Source: Myxococcota bacterium (GTDB lineage Bacteria; Myxococcota_A; UBA9160; PR03). From it: a stretch of DNA of 64,000 nt. The notes beneath the pieces were generated by a model. It had not been told where the DNA came from. It was given only the letters and a program-made list of their open reading frames with translations, and did not search any database. Positions within the stretch are counted from its first letter, which is position 1, and every line of letters begins with the position of its first letter. Positions 26,673 through 36,330 of the stretch are shown piece after piece. The stretch lies in NCBI GenBank assembly GCA_041611735.1, contig JBFIML010000001.1:1-64000 (forward strand), read 5' to 3'. The position numbers and the translations under genes were made by a program.

Positions 26673-28336
26673 GCGTGGACCGCACGCGGCTGCGCTGGAA
26701 CGGGTGGGGGCGCCTGGGGCAATCCTACGAGCTGTCGCGCTCCCGGGAAGAGGCCCTGCGCAGCGAGCTCGGCAAGCTCCTGGGCCGTCCGCTCGAACCG
26801 GCGCCGCCGCCGGCTTCGCTGGCGGACGTGCGCCTGCCGCCGTCGAAGCTCGGCTCCGACGTGCTGGCGGCCCTGCGGGCCGCCTGCGGACACGACGGCG
26901 TGCGCACCAGCGTGGAGGAGCGCGCCACCCACGCGGCGGGGAAGAGCCTGATCGACCTGGTGCGGCTGCGTCGCGGCGAGATCGAGCATGCCCCGGAAGC
27001 GGTCGTCTATCCCCCCGACGAAGGAGCCGTGGCGGCGGTGCTGCGCCTGGCCGGGGAGGCGGGCTTTGCCGTGGTGCCCTTCGGCGGCGGGACGAGCGTG
27101 CTGGGCGGAGTCGAGGCCCGCAGCGTGCGCGGACAGACCGGAGCCGTGGCCCTGGACACGACCCGCCTCGATCGCCTGGTGCGCGTCGACGCGGAGAGCC
27201 GCACCGCCACCTTCCAGGCCGGCATCGAAGGGCCTGCCCTGGAGGCAGCCCTGGCTGCCCGGGGCTTCACGCTCGGCCACTTTCCCCAGTCCTTCGAGCA
27301 CTCGACCCTGGGCGGCTGGATCGCCACTCGCTCCTCGGGCCAGCAATCGAACGGCTACGGGAGCATCGAAGGTCTGCTCGTGGCGCTGCGCGTGGTGACG
27401 CCCCGGGGCGTGCTGCGCAGCGTCCCGGTCCCGCGCTCGGCCGCCGGGCCGGACCTGAACCAGCTCCTGCTCGGCTCGGAAGGGGCCTTTGGGGTGATCG
27501 TCGAGGCCAGCGTGCGCGTCCGGCCGGCGCCGACCGTGCAGGACTATCGGGGTGTGCTGTTCCACTCCTTCGCCGACGGCGTCGCCGCCATCCGCGACGC
27601 GGTGGGCGAGCAGCTGCCGGTGGCCATGCTGCGGCTCGCGGACGCGGCGGAGACCGAGCTCGGCGCCCGGCTGCGCCGCGATCCGGCGCGCCGCTTCGAC
27701 GCCACGGCGCGTGGGCTCGCCGTCCTGCAGCGGGCCGGCTACGGCCCCGGGCGCTGCCTGCTGGTCTACGGGGTGGAGGGGCGCGACGCCCGTCGTACCC
27801 GCGCCACGGCGACGCGCATGCGGCGCATCGCCCGCCGGCACGGCGGCTTCGCCCTCGGGCGGGGTCCCGGTCGCGGCTGGCGGCGCGAGCGCTTCCGCGC
27901 CCCCTATCTGCGCGACTGGTTGCTGGACCACGGCGTGGCGGTCGACACCTTCGAGACGGCGTTTTCCTGGAGTCGTCTCGAAACGGGGCACGACGCGGTG
28001 CTGCGCGCCCTGCGCGGCGTCCTCGAGCGACAGGCGGGAGGGGGGCTGGCCATGACGCACCTCTCCCACAGCTATCCCGACGGCGCCTGCCTGTACTTCA
28101 CGGCGCTCTGGCCCCTGGACACGGGTCGCGAGATCGCCCAGTGGACGGCCATCAAGCACGCCACGACCGAGGCGATCCTCGCCGCGGGCGGAACCCTCTC
28201 CCACCACCACGGGGTCGGCCTCGACCACGCCGCCTGGCTCGTGCGCGAGAAGGGTGCGCTCGGGGTGGATGCGCTGCGGGCCGTGAAGCGGAACCTCGAT
28301 CCCGACGGGATCCTCAATCCGGGCAAGCTCCTGTGA
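26669..28336 (+). CDS. FAD-linked oxidase, alkyl-DHAP synthase (AGPS)-like
   Basis: RWNGWG, PFGGGTSV, GHFPQSFEHSTLGGWIATRSSGQQS, GSEG, HLSHSY, SHHHGVG, NPGKL. Confidence 0.85.
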   Translation: MSVDRTRLRWNGWGRLGQSYELSRSREEALRSELGKLLGRPLEPAPPPASLADVRLPPSKLGSDVLAALRAACGHDGVRTSVEERATHAAGKSLIDLVRLRRGEIEHAPEAVVYPPDEGAVAAVLRLAGEAGFAVVPFGGGTSVLGGVEARSVRGQTGAVALDTTRLDRLVRVDAESRTATFQAGIEGPALEAALAARGFTLGHFPQSFEHSTLGGWIATRSSGQQSNGYGSIEGLLVALRVVTPRGVLRSVPVPRSAAGPDLNQLLLGSEGAFGVIVEASVRVRPAPTVQDYRGVLFHSFADGVAAIRDAVGEQLPVAMLRLADAAETELGARLRRDPARRFDATARGLAVLQRAGYGPGRCLLVYGVEGRDARRTRATATRMRRIARRHGGFALGRGPGRGWRRERFRAPYLRDWLLDHGVAVDTFETAFSWSRLETGHDAVLRALRGVLERQAGGGLAMTHLSHSYPDGACLYFTALWPLDTGREIAQWTAIKHATTEAILAAGGTLSHHHGVGLDHAAWLVREKGALGVDALRAVKRNLDPDGILNPGKLL

Positions 28337-30006
28337 GCGTGCCCTGGACCCTCGCCCAGCGCGCCGCCGCCCTGGCCCGGGCCGAGCGGGACGGCGTGGA
28401 CGTGCTGGTGATCGGAGGGGGCATCACGGGCGCCGGGGTGCTGCGCGACGCGGCGTCGCGCGGCTTGCGCGTCCTCCTGGTGGAGCGCCTGGACTTCGGG
28501 GCCGGGACCTCCGGCAGCTCCTCGAAGATGGTCCACGGGGGGCTCCGCTACCTGGCCCAGGGCCATCCGGGCCTGACCCGTGAGGCATGCCGCGAGCGCG
28601 ATCTGCTGCTGCGGCTCAACCCCAATCTGATCCGCGGCATCCCCTTCCTGGTCCCCTGCTGGGAGGGCGGGAAGCTCAAGCCCTGGCAGGTGAAGGCTGC
28701 CCTGTTCCTCTACTACGCGCTCTCGGGCTTCCGGCCCGGCTCGCGCTTCCGCATGCTCGGGGCGGAACAGGTGGCGCGCTATTCCCGCGACCTGCGCCAG
28801 GACGGTCTGCGTGGGGCGGGCCTCTATCGCGACGCCCAGGTGGACGACGCGCGTCTCGTGCTCGAGACCGTGAAGAGCGCCCGATCGCTGGGCGGCGAGG
28901 CGGTGAACCACGCCGAGGTCGTGGAGTTCAGCCACGACGCGGCGGGCCGGATCCGCACGCTGCGCGTCCGCGACCGCCTGGCGGAGCGCAGCGTCGAGAT
29001 CCGCGCCCACGCCGTGGTGAACGCCGCGGGCCCGGCGGTGGAGCGCGTGCGCGGCCTCGACCGGGACGCCGCGTCTGCCACCCTGCGCCCCGCCAAGGGC
29101 ATCCACCTGGTGATCCCGCGCCGGCGCGTCCATATCCGGGGCGTGATCACGTTCGAGGCGCACGACCGGCGACCGCTCTTCCTGCTCCCCTGGGACGACA
29201 TGTGCCTGGTCGGCACCACGGACGACTTCAGCGACGAGATCGACGAGCCCGTGGTGACCATCGACGAGGTGCACTATCTCCTCGCCGCCGCGAACGAGGC
29301 CTTCCCGGGCGTCGCCCTCAACACCAACGACATCGTGAGCGTCTTCGCGGGAGTCCGCCCCCTGGTGGCGGACGAGGACAGCGCGCGCCCCCCCTCCTCG
29401 GTGTCGCGCGAGTACCGGGTCACCGAGTCGCGCTCCGGGCTGCTCTCGGTGGCGGGCGGCAAGCTCACCACCTACCGGGCGGTCGGCGAGCGGGTGGTGG
29501 ATCGCCTGCTGCGGCGGCTGCCCGTCGAGCGGCGCCGTGCAGCCGGCCCGAGCCGGACCGCCGCGCTTCCCCTGCGCGAGGATCGTTTCGACGCCGCGCA
29601 GCTGCGCGAAGAGCTGCAGAGGCGCTTCGAGCTGACGGCCGAGCGGGCGATGCGCCTGGTGCGCGTCTGGGGCGCCGACGCTCCGGAATTGCTCGCGGCG
29701 GCGCCACGCGAGCTGCGGCGGCCGATCGGCGCCTCGCGCTTCCTGTGGGCGGAGATCCCCTGGGCGTTCCGCCACGAGGCGCCGGCCACGCTCTGCGACC
29801 TGCTGGAGCGCCGGCTGCGCCTGGCACTGTTCGCGTCGGGACAGGGCCTTCCGGAGCTGCCGCGCATCGCGGCGGTGGCGGCGGAGGCGGCCGGCTGGGA
29901 CGACGCCCGGAGCCGGGAGGAGGCGCAGCGCTACGCGCAGGCGGTGCGCCGCCGCTACCAGATCGTGTCGCCTGGCGCGCTCCGGCAGGCCCAGAGCGCC
30001 GCCTGA
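28333..30006 (+). CDS. glpD: FAD-dependent glycerol-3-phosphate dehydrogenase/oxidase family
   Basis: IGGGITGAG, GTS.SSSKMVHGGLRYL, DDARL, KGIHL, GTTD, GVRPL, GGKLTTYR. Confidence 0.9.
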   Translation: MSVPWTLAQRAAALARAERDGVDVLVIGGGITGAGVLRDAASRGLRVLLVERLDFGAGTSGSSSKMVHGGLRYLAQGHPGLTREACRERDLLLRLNPNLIRGIPFLVPCWEGGKLKPWQVKAALFLYYALSGFRPGSRFRMLGAEQVARYSRDLRQDGLRGAGLYRDAQVDDARLVLETVKSARSLGGEAVNHAEVVEFSHDAAGRIRTLRVRDRLAERSVEIRAHAVVNAAGPAVERVRGLDRDAASATLRPAKGIHLVIPRRRVHIRGVITFEAHDRRPLFLLPWDDMCLVGTTDDFSDEIDEPVVTIDEVHYLLAAANEAFPGVALNTNDIVSVFAGVRPLVADEDSARPPSSVSREYRVTESRSGLLSVAGGKLTTYRAVGERVVDRLLRRLPVERRRAAGPSRTAALPLREDRFDAAQLREELQRRFELTAERAMRLVRVWGADAPELLAAAPRELRRPIGASRFLWAEIPWAFRHEAPATLCDLLERRLRLALFASGQGLPELPRIAAVAAEAAGWDDARSREEAQRYAQAVRRRYQIVSPGALRQAQSAA

Positions 30007-30013
30007 CGCGAGT

Positions 30014-30037
30014 CACGGCCGTACCCCCACGGCCGTG
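30014..30037. repeat. Perfect 9-bp inverted repeat between glpD and the kinase gene
   Basis: CACGGCCGT-N6-ACGGCCGTG with no U-tract. Confidence 0.4.
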
Positions 30038-30041
30038 TACC

Positions 30042-30980
30042 ATGGCCGCGGTCATGCCCGGGCGCACCCTCGTCGTGGTGAACCCCCGCAGCCGCAGTGG
30101 CGCCACGGCCCGCCGCTGGAGCGCAGTGGAGGAGCGCCTTCGCGCAGCCCTGGGTCCCCTCGAGGTGGAGTTCACCCGGGGGTCGCGCGACGCGGAACGC
30201 ATCGCCCGGGAGGGGGTGCGGGCGGGCGTCGAGCGGCTCGTGGTGGCGGGGGGCGACGGCACCGCGAGCGAGGTGGCGACGGGGTTGCTGTCGGCAGGGC
30301 TCGGCGGCTACGTGAGCGTGGCGCTGTTGCCGCTCGGCACGGGCTCCGACCTGGCCCGTACGCTCGGCACCCCCCGTGATCTGGAGCAGGCGATCGGGCG
30401 GCTGGCGAGGGGCAAGCCGCGTCGCATCGATGCGGGCCGGGTCACCTATCGGCGTCCGGACGGGGGGGAGGCCGTCGCCTACTTCCTGAACGTGGCGAGC
30501 CTGGGGCTCTCGGGCTCCGTCGTCGCCTTGGTGAACCGCGCGCCGAAACACCTGGGGCCGGGCTTCTCCTACCTGGCCGGGACCCTGCGCGGCCTGGCGC
30601 GCTGGCGCGACGCGCAGGTGACCCTCGCCCTGGACGGAATCCCCGTGCACGAGGGACCGATCGTATTCGCCACGGCCGCCAACGGCTGCTTCTTCGGGGG
30701 GGGCATGCACGTGGCGCCGGAGGCCCGGCCCGACGACGGACTCTTCGACGTGGTGGTGGTGCCGGGCATGCCGAAGGTCCGCCTGCTGCGCAACCTGCCA
30801 CGGCTCTATCGCGGGACGCACCTCACGATCGCCGGGGTGAAGCAGCATCGCGGACGCGTGCTCGAGGCGCGATCCGACGAGACGGTCTGGATCGACGTGG
30901 ACGGCGAGCCGCTCGGCACGCTTCCCGCGCGCTTCGAGCTCCTGCCGGGCGCCGTCGTCCTGTGCGGCGCGGAGGCGTGA
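30042..30980 (+). CDS. Diacylglycerol/lipid kinase family protein
   Basis: VNPRS, GGDGT, LPLGTGSDLAR, FFGGGM, DVDGE. Confidence 0.92.
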   Translation: MAAVMPGRTLVVVNPRSRSGATARRWSAVEERLRAALGPLEVEFTRGSRDAERIAREGVRAGVERLVVAGGDGTASEVATGLLSAGLGGYVSVALLPLGTGSDLARTLGTPRDLEQAIGRLARGKPRRIDAGRVTYRRPDGGEAVAYFLNVASLGLSGSVVALVNRAPKHLGPGFSYLAGTLRGLARWRDAQVTLALDGIPVHEGPIVFATAANGCFFGGGMHVAPEARPDDGLFDVVVVPGMPKVRLLRNLPRLYRGTHLTIAGVKQHRGRVLEARSDETVWIDVDGEPLGTLPARFELLPGAVVLCGAEA

Positions 30981-31939
30981 GCGACCGCTTCGCCACCATC
31001 CGCGCTCGGTGTGCCGCCGTGGCGGAGCGGGCGCGCCACGTCCGCCTCGTGCCATCCGGCATCGGGGCCCTGGCGGAGCGTCTGATGGCGCAGCCCGAGG
31101 TGGCGCCCGCCTGGGACGAAGAAACCCACTACCGGGGCGATCCCGATGCGCTGCTCGCCTACGTGCTCAGCCTCGAGAGCGTGAACTTCGGCTCCGGATG
31201 GTTCCCGAGGCTGCGCAAACGCCCCGGGCGCTCCGGCTACTACACCGTCGCCCTGGGGCTCAAGGAGCGTTTCGAAGCCGCGGGTCCCTGGTCGGCGGAG
31301 GAACTGAACGCCCTCGAGACGGCGGAGCTCGCCCGAATCCTGGGCCAGGACGCCGGGGACCCGGACGTGGCGGAGCTGTTGAGCCTGTTCACCCGTGCCC
31401 TGCGCGATCTCGGCCGGCTCGTGCGCGACCGCCACGGCGGCCGCTTCGCGGCCCTCGTCGCGGAAGCCGGCGGATCGGCGCAGACGCTGGTCGCGCTGCT
31501 GGCCCGCATGCCGTTCTTTCGCGACGTCGGGCGCTACGCGGAGCTCGAGGTGCCCTTCTACAAGCGCGCGCAGCTGGCCGCGGCGGATCTGGCGCTGGCC
31601 TTCGAGGGCAAGGGGCCGGGCCGCTTCGAGGATCTGGCCCGGCTCACGGCGTTTGCGGACAACCTGGTGCCGCACGTCCTGCGCCTGGAGGGAGCCCTGG
31701 AGTACGCTCCAGAGCTGCTGCGCCGCATCGAGGCGGGAGCCCTGCTTGCGGCCGGCACGCCGGAGGAAGTCGAGATCCGCGCCGCGGCCGTGCACGGCGT
31801 GGAGCGGCTGGTGGAGGCGTTGCGTCGGCAGGGTGCGCCGGCCACCGCCCAGGAGCTGGACTTCCGGCTCTGGCACCGGGGCCAGCGTCCGGAGTTCAAG
31901 GCCCAGCCGCGTCACCGCACGCGCAGCGTGTACTACTAG
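30977..31939 (+). CDS. Queuosine salvage protein (Q_salvage/DUF2419, QNG1-like glycosylase)
   Basis: NFGSGW, FYKRAQL, LTAFADN.VPHVL, EVEIRA, LDFRLW, HRTRSVYY. Confidence 0.88.
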   Translation: MSDRFATIRARCAAVAERARHVRLVPSGIGALAERLMAQPEVAPAWDEETHYRGDPDALLAYVLSLESVNFGSGWFPRLRKRPGRSGYYTVALGLKERFEAAGPWSAEELNALETAELARILGQDAGDPDVAELLSLFTRALRDLGRLVRDRHGGRFAALVAEAGGSAQTLVALLARMPFFRDVGRYAELEVPFYKRAQLAAADLALAFEGKGPGRFEDLARLTAFADNLVPHVLRLEGALEYAPELLRRIEAGALLAAGTPEEVEIRAAAVHGVERLVEALRRQGAPATAQELDFRLWHRGQRPEFKAQPRHRTRSVYY

Positions 31940-31954
31940 GAGGGAGGCGCAAAC

Positions 31955-32479
31955 GTGGCGCGGAGCTCGGGACTGCTCGACGGAGCCCTGGTCGGCATGC
32001 TTCTGCTGGTCGCGCTCCTGGCGGGCGTGGCCTGGCTGCGCGGCGGGCCGGAGATGCTCCGCGCCGGGTTCGCCGGGGGGCTCGGCCTCCTCACCCGCTT
32101 CGGCCTGCTGCTGCTGGTCTCGTTCCTGGCGGCGGGCCTGGTGGAGGTGTTGATCCCTCGGGAGTCGATCCGCGGGGTCTTCGGGACCGAGTCCGGGGTG
32201 CGGGGCATCCTGCTGGCCGCCGGCGCCGGCGCCCTCACGCCCTCGGGCCCCTTCGTGGCCATGCCCCTGGCTGCGGTCCTGGCTCGCGGCGGGGCCGGTC
32301 CCGGCCCCCTGGTGGCCTACGTGACGGGCTGGGCCCTCCTGGCCCTGCACCGGCTGCTGGCCTGGGAGATGCCGATGCTCGGGGTGCGCTTCGCGCTGCT
32401 GCGCTGGTCCGTCTCGCTGGCCCTGCCGGTCCTGGCGGGGCTCGCGGCACGGCTCCTGACGCGGGGCCCGGGCATTTGA
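31955..32479 (+). CDS. Small permease-like membrane protein (DUF318/ArsP-like)
   Basis: Highly hydrophobic; 'GILLAAGAGALTPSGPFVAMPL', 'WEMPMLG'. Confidence 0.7.
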   Translation: MARSSGLLDGALVGMLLLVALLAGVAWLRGGPEMLRAGFAGGLGLLTRFGLLLLVSFLAAGLVEVLIPRESIRGVFGTESGVRGILLAAGAGALTPSGPFVAMPLAAVLARGGAGPGPLVAYVTGWALLALHRLLAWEMPMLGVRFALLRWSVSLALPVLAGLAARLLTRGPGI

Positions 32480-32503
32480 CCGGCGGCGCTCTTTCTGTAT
32501 ATT
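32476..32503 (+). promoter_or_regulatory. Sigma70-like promoter of the cold-shock-domain gene
   Basis: TTGACC-N16-TATATT. Confidence 0.6.
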
Positions 32504-32578
32504 TACCAGCTCCTTGCGGCGCCGAGCGCCTTCATGCCTCCAACTCCAACGCGGCAGGCGCCCGGGAAGCGAGACTCC

Positions 32579-33049
32579 ATGCTGGTCCTGGAAGACATCG
32601 AACCCGGCAATCGGGTCACCCACAAGAACACCGGGCTCCGTTACACGGTCGCGGACCTGGGCGAAGCCGAGGTGCTGCTCACGCCCGAGAAGGCCGACTT
32701 CGAGGACCTGCTGGTGCCGACGCAGCTCTTCTGCCAGGAGTTCGTGGCGGGCGACCGCTACAGCCAGCCGCGCAGCCGGGGGCGCGGCCGCCGGGCCGCC
32801 GCCGTCCGCACGCCGACCGGCCCGAAGGCCAAGGGCCGCATCAAGAAGATGGTGCGGGATCGGGGCTTCGGCTTCATCCGGGGCGACGACGGCAAGGAGG
32901 TCTTCTTCCACCGCTCCGGCCTGAACGGCGCCGACTACGATGCGCTCTCCGAGGGCGACGTGGTCGAGTACGTGATCCAGGAGGGCCCGCGGGGCCCGCG
33001 TGCGGAGCACGTCCGCTCCGTGGGCGAAGCCGCCGTCGCGACTGCCTAG
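32579..33049 (+). CDS. Cold-shock domain protein with N-terminal extension
   Basis: C-terminal RGFGFI (RNP1), VFFH (RNP2), 'EGDVVEY...GPRGPRA'. Confidence 0.88.
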   Translation: MLVLEDIEPGNRVTHKNTGLRYTVADLGEAEVLLTPEKADFEDLLVPTQLFCQEFVAGDRYSQPRSRGRGRRAAAVRTPTGPKAKGRIKKMVRDRGFGFIRGDDGKEVFFHRSGLNGADYDALSEGDVVEYVIQEGPRGPRAEHVRSVGEAAVATA

Positions 33050-33067
33050 CGCGGTCTGGCTCCTGGC

Positions 33068-34714
33068 CTAGCCGCCGTAGCGGTGCACCACGGGCAGCCG
33101 CCGACCCGAGCCGAAGGCCTTGGGCGAGGTGCGCAGGACGAGCGGCATCTGGCGCCGCTTGTACTCGTTGCGATCCAGGCGTTGCACGATCTGGCGCACC
33201 AGCTCGCGCGTGGCGCCTTCGGGCGGCTCGATGTGCTCGGCCCCGTGGCCCCCTTCGATGGCCCGGGCGAGTACCGCATCGAGGATCGGGTAGGGCGGCA
33301 GATCGTCCTCGTCGCGCTGCCCCGGAGCCAGCTCCGCCGAGGGCGGCTTCTCGATCGTGCTGGGGGGAATCCGCTCGCCCGCCCGGTTGGCGTGCCGCGC
33401 CAGGGCGTACACGTCCCGCTTGTAGACGTCTCCCAGCACGGCGAGCCCGCCGACCGTGTCCCCGTACAAGGTGCAGTAGCCCACCGAGAGCTCGCTCTTG
33501 TTGCCGGTGGCCAGCACGAGCCGTCCCTCGTGGTTCGAGACCGCCATGAGCAGCCCGCCGCGGATGCGGGCCTGGATGTTCTGCTGCGCGATGCCGTAGT
33601 CGTCGCAGGGACCGAACAGCTGGCGGAAGATCTCCAGGTAGCGCTCGTACACCGGCCGGATGTCCACGAGCCGCGTCTCGATGCCGAGGTTGCGTGCCAG
33701 GGTCTGCGCGTCCCGCACGCTGTGGTCGGACGAGAAGGGGCCCGGCATCACCAGACCGAGCACGCGGTCGGCGCCCAGGGCCTGGGCCGCCAGCCAGGCG
33801 GTCACCGCCGAGTCGACGCCGCCCGATAGCCCCAGCACCGCGCCGGGAGGCAGGCCCTGCTTGCGGAAGTAGTCGCGGATGCCGAGCACCAGACCCGCCT
33901 CGAGCTGGGCCGGGCCCTCGAGCTCCGGCACCTCGTCGGGAGCCAGGTCGCAGGGAGGCGACTCGAGGTCCACCACCTCCAGGGCCGGCTCGAAGAGCGG
34001 CAGCACCGCCCGCACGCGCCCGCGCGCGTCCACCATGAAGGAGCCGCCGTCGAAGACGAGCTCGTCGTTTCCGCCAACCTGGTTGGCGAACACGATCGGC
34101 ACGCGGTGGCGGCGCGCCAGGTCGGCGAACAGCCGTCGTCGCTCCCGGGGCTTGCCCACGTGCCAGGGCGACGCCGAGAGGTTCAGCACCAGGTTCGCCC
34201 CCCGGCGCGCCAGCTCGCCCACCGGGTCCTGCGGGTAGGGGATCGAGCCCACCCAGGCGTCCTCGCAGACCGAGAGGCCCAGGGTCGTCCCGCTCCCCGG
34301 CAAGGGCACCGGCACCTGCTCGTGGGCCGGGACGAAGTGACGCTTCTCGTCGAAGACGTCGTAGGTCGGCAGCAGCGTCTTTGCTTGTACGCCGATCCGG
34401 CGTCCGCCCGCCAGCAGCAGCGCGGCGTTGGCGAGCTGCCGCGATCCCTGCCGCGGCACCGGCAGGACGGCGCCGCACGCGATGGCCACGCGCCGGGAGG
34501 CGGGCAGCAGCGCCTCGATCTCGCGCTCCTGGTCCGCCACGAAGCCCCGCCGTTCGAGCAGGTCCAGGGGCGGGTAGCCGGTCAGGACCATCTCCGGCAG
34601 CACCACCAGGTCGGCACCCGCCGCCGCGGCCTTGGTCGCCGCCTCCTCCACGAGCCGGCGGTTGGACGCCAGCGCGCCGACGGTGGGGTTCACCTGGGCG
34701 AGCGCGACGCGCAC
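33068..34714 (-). CDS. nadE: Glutamine-dependent NAD+ synthetase
   Basis: Nitrilase triad (PEM, KTLLPTY, VCED), GLSGGVDS, TGNKSE, PPSAEL, EYKRRQ. Confidence 0.95.
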   Translation of the reverse strand: MRVALAQVNPTVGALASNRRLVEEAATKAAAAGADLVVLPEMVLTGYPPLDLLERRGFVADQEREIEALLPASRRVAIACGAVLPVPRQGSRQLANAALLLAGGRRIGVQAKTLLPTYDVFDEKRHFVPAHEQVPVPLPGSGTTLGLSVCEDAWVGSIPYPQDPVGELARRGANLVLNLSASPWHVGKPRERRRLFADLARRHRVPIVFANQVGGNDELVFDGGSFMVDARGRVRAVLPLFEPALEVVDLESPPCDLAPDEVPELEGPAQLEAGLVLGIRDYFRKQGLPPGAVLGLSGGVDSAVTAWLAAQALGADRVLGLVMPGPFSSDHSVRDAQTLARNLGIETRLVDIRPVYERYLEIFRQLFGPCDDYGIAQQNIQARIRGGLLMAVSNHEGRLVLATGNKSELSVGYCTLYGDTVGGLAVLGDVYKRDVYALARHANRAGERIPPSTIEKPPSAELAPGQRDEDDLPPYPILDAVLARAIEGGHGAEHIEPPEGATRELVRQIVQRLDRNEYKRRQMPLVLRTSPKAFGSGRRLPVVHRYGG

Positions 34715-34755
34715 GCGGGCAGGATCGGGGGGGCGTGCGCCGGCGTCAAGCCGGC

Positions 34756-35223
34756 TCAGGGATAGTAGACGTAGATGGCGTCGGCGACGCAGGCCGGCTT
34801 GCCGCCACCCTCGACCTCGATGTGGAGGCCGAAGGTTGCGCGGGCGCCTCCACCCGGCATGTCGCGCACGTCCTTGAGCTCCGCCGCCAGGCGCACGCGG
34901 GAGCCCGCCGGGACCGGCGCCGGCAGTCGCATCTTGTCCAGGCCGTAGTTGACGCCGAGGCGGACCCCGTTCACGCGGACGAGCTGCGGCAGCAGGGCCG
35001 GTGCCAGGGAGAGCGTCAGGTAGCCGTGGGCGATGGTCTGCTTGAAGGGCGATTCGCGCCCCGCCCGCTCCACGTCGACGTGGATCCACTGATGGTCGCC
35101 GGTCGCCTCCGCGAAGGCATCGATCTTCTCCTGGGTGACCTCGACCCAATCCGTGGGGCCGAGTCGCTGGCCCACCAGGCTCTTGAGCGAAGGAATGTCC
35201 GGTACCACCGTCGGCTGGGCCAT
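34756..35223 (-). CDS. MaoC-family dehydratase
   Basis: FAEATGDHQWIHVD, TIAHGYLTL, NYGLDK. Confidence 0.92.
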   Translation of the reverse strand: MAQPTVVPDIPSLKSLVGQRLGPTDWVEVTQEKIDAFAEATGDHQWIHVDVERAGRESPFKQTIAHGYLTLSLAPALLPQLVRVNGVRLGVNYGLDKMRLPAPVPAGSRVRLAAELKDVRDMPGGGARATFGLHIEVEGGGKPACVADAIYVYYP

Positions 35224-35244
35224 CGTGCTTCCCCGGGGCAACGA

Positions 35245-35733
35245 TCAGACGCGCCGCCGCATCTTACCACGCCGTCGCGGCGCCTGGCCCGTCTCCGCCA
35301 GCTGCCGCAGACCGGCCAGCCCGTCGGCCAGCGCCCGACGCAGGAACCAGCCGAGCAAGCGGCCGGTGCCCGGCACCCGGGGCCGGAAGCGCACTCGCCA
35401 GCGCACGCGCGTCTCCGGGCCGGCGGCCTCGAGCGTGACCTCGCCCTCGTGGTCGCGCACCGGTGCCCCCCCGAGCAGTCGGTAGACGAGCCGGCTGGCA
35501 GGCTCGAACACCACGATCTCCTCGTCGAGCACGAGGCCGCCGCCCCGCACGGTGCGGATCGCGCCGACGCCGTCGGGCTCCGGCTGGCCCGCCCGGCGAC
35601 GCACCACCTCGCGCACCGGCATCCAATGCGGCATGTGCTCGTGGTCGGTGAGCAGCGCCCAGATCCGCTCCGTCGGCGCGCCCACCGCGACGTGTTCCTC
35701 CACCTCCACGAAACGGGGATCCGCCTCAGCCAC
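35245..35733 (-). CDS. SRPBCC (polyketide cyclase/START) family protein
   Basis: APTERIWALLTD...WMP, GVGAIR, RLVY. Confidence 0.85.
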   Translation of the reverse strand: MAEADPRFVEVEEHVAVGAPTERIWALLTDHEHMPHWMPVREVVRRRAGQPEPDGVGAIRTVRGGGLVLDEEIVVFEPASRLVYRLLGGAPVRDHEGEVTLEAAGPETRVRWRVRFRPRVPGTGRLLGWFLRRALADGLAGLRQLAETGQAPRRRGKMRRRV

Positions 35734-36244
35734 GCTCGATCTCGACCACCTCGTACCAGCGTTCGGTCTCGGTCCGGTGGCGCACCACCGCTGCGCGGGA
35801 GACGAGCACCGGGAAGCGCCCGTTGCGCCGCCGCACCAGCCAGGCGAGCGGACTCTCGATCACCTCCGCCACGTCGTTCACGGCCTCGACGCCCGACTCG
35901 GTCCACGCCACGAAGCGCAGCCGGCTGCGCGACCGCAGGCCGAGCCGCAGCCGCGTGCCCCGGGCGCGCTCGAGGAGACGCGCCGCGCCCTCCTCGTCGC
36001 CGAGCAGCGTGTGAGGGTCGCGCGGACGCGCCAGGCGCGCCGCCCGCAGCAGGCGTAGCACCTTGCCGAGACCCGCCACCGAGGCCACGGTCAGCTCGGG
36101 CCCGAGATCCGCCACGTCCTCGATGCGGTCGGTCCCGAGCCGCCCATGGGCCGGGCGGAAGCCGAGCCGCAATCCCTGCCGGCCGCTCTCTCGCAGCGGC
36201 TCCACCTGGGCCAGGAGGGCGCCCACCTGCCGGATCGAGGCCAT
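35726..36244 (-). CDS. Hypothetical protein
   Basis: Coding-like composition, GGAG RBS, overlaps the start of the SRPBCC gene. Confidence 0.6.
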   Translation of the reverse strand: MASIRQVGALLAQVEPLRESGRQGLRLGFRPAHGRLGTDRIEDVADLGPELTVASVAGLGKVLRLLRAARLARPRDPHTLLGDEEGAARLLERARGTRLRLGLRSRSRLRFVAWTESGVEAVNDVAEVIESPLAWLVRRRNGRFPVLVSRAAVVRHRTETERWYEVVEIERG

Positions 36245-36330
36245 CTCCCCAGTCTACCGGTCCCATCCCGCCCGGGGCGCCTATACTCGAGCGACCAGCC
36301 GGCTCCGAACGGCCGGCGGCAGGAGGGCGC

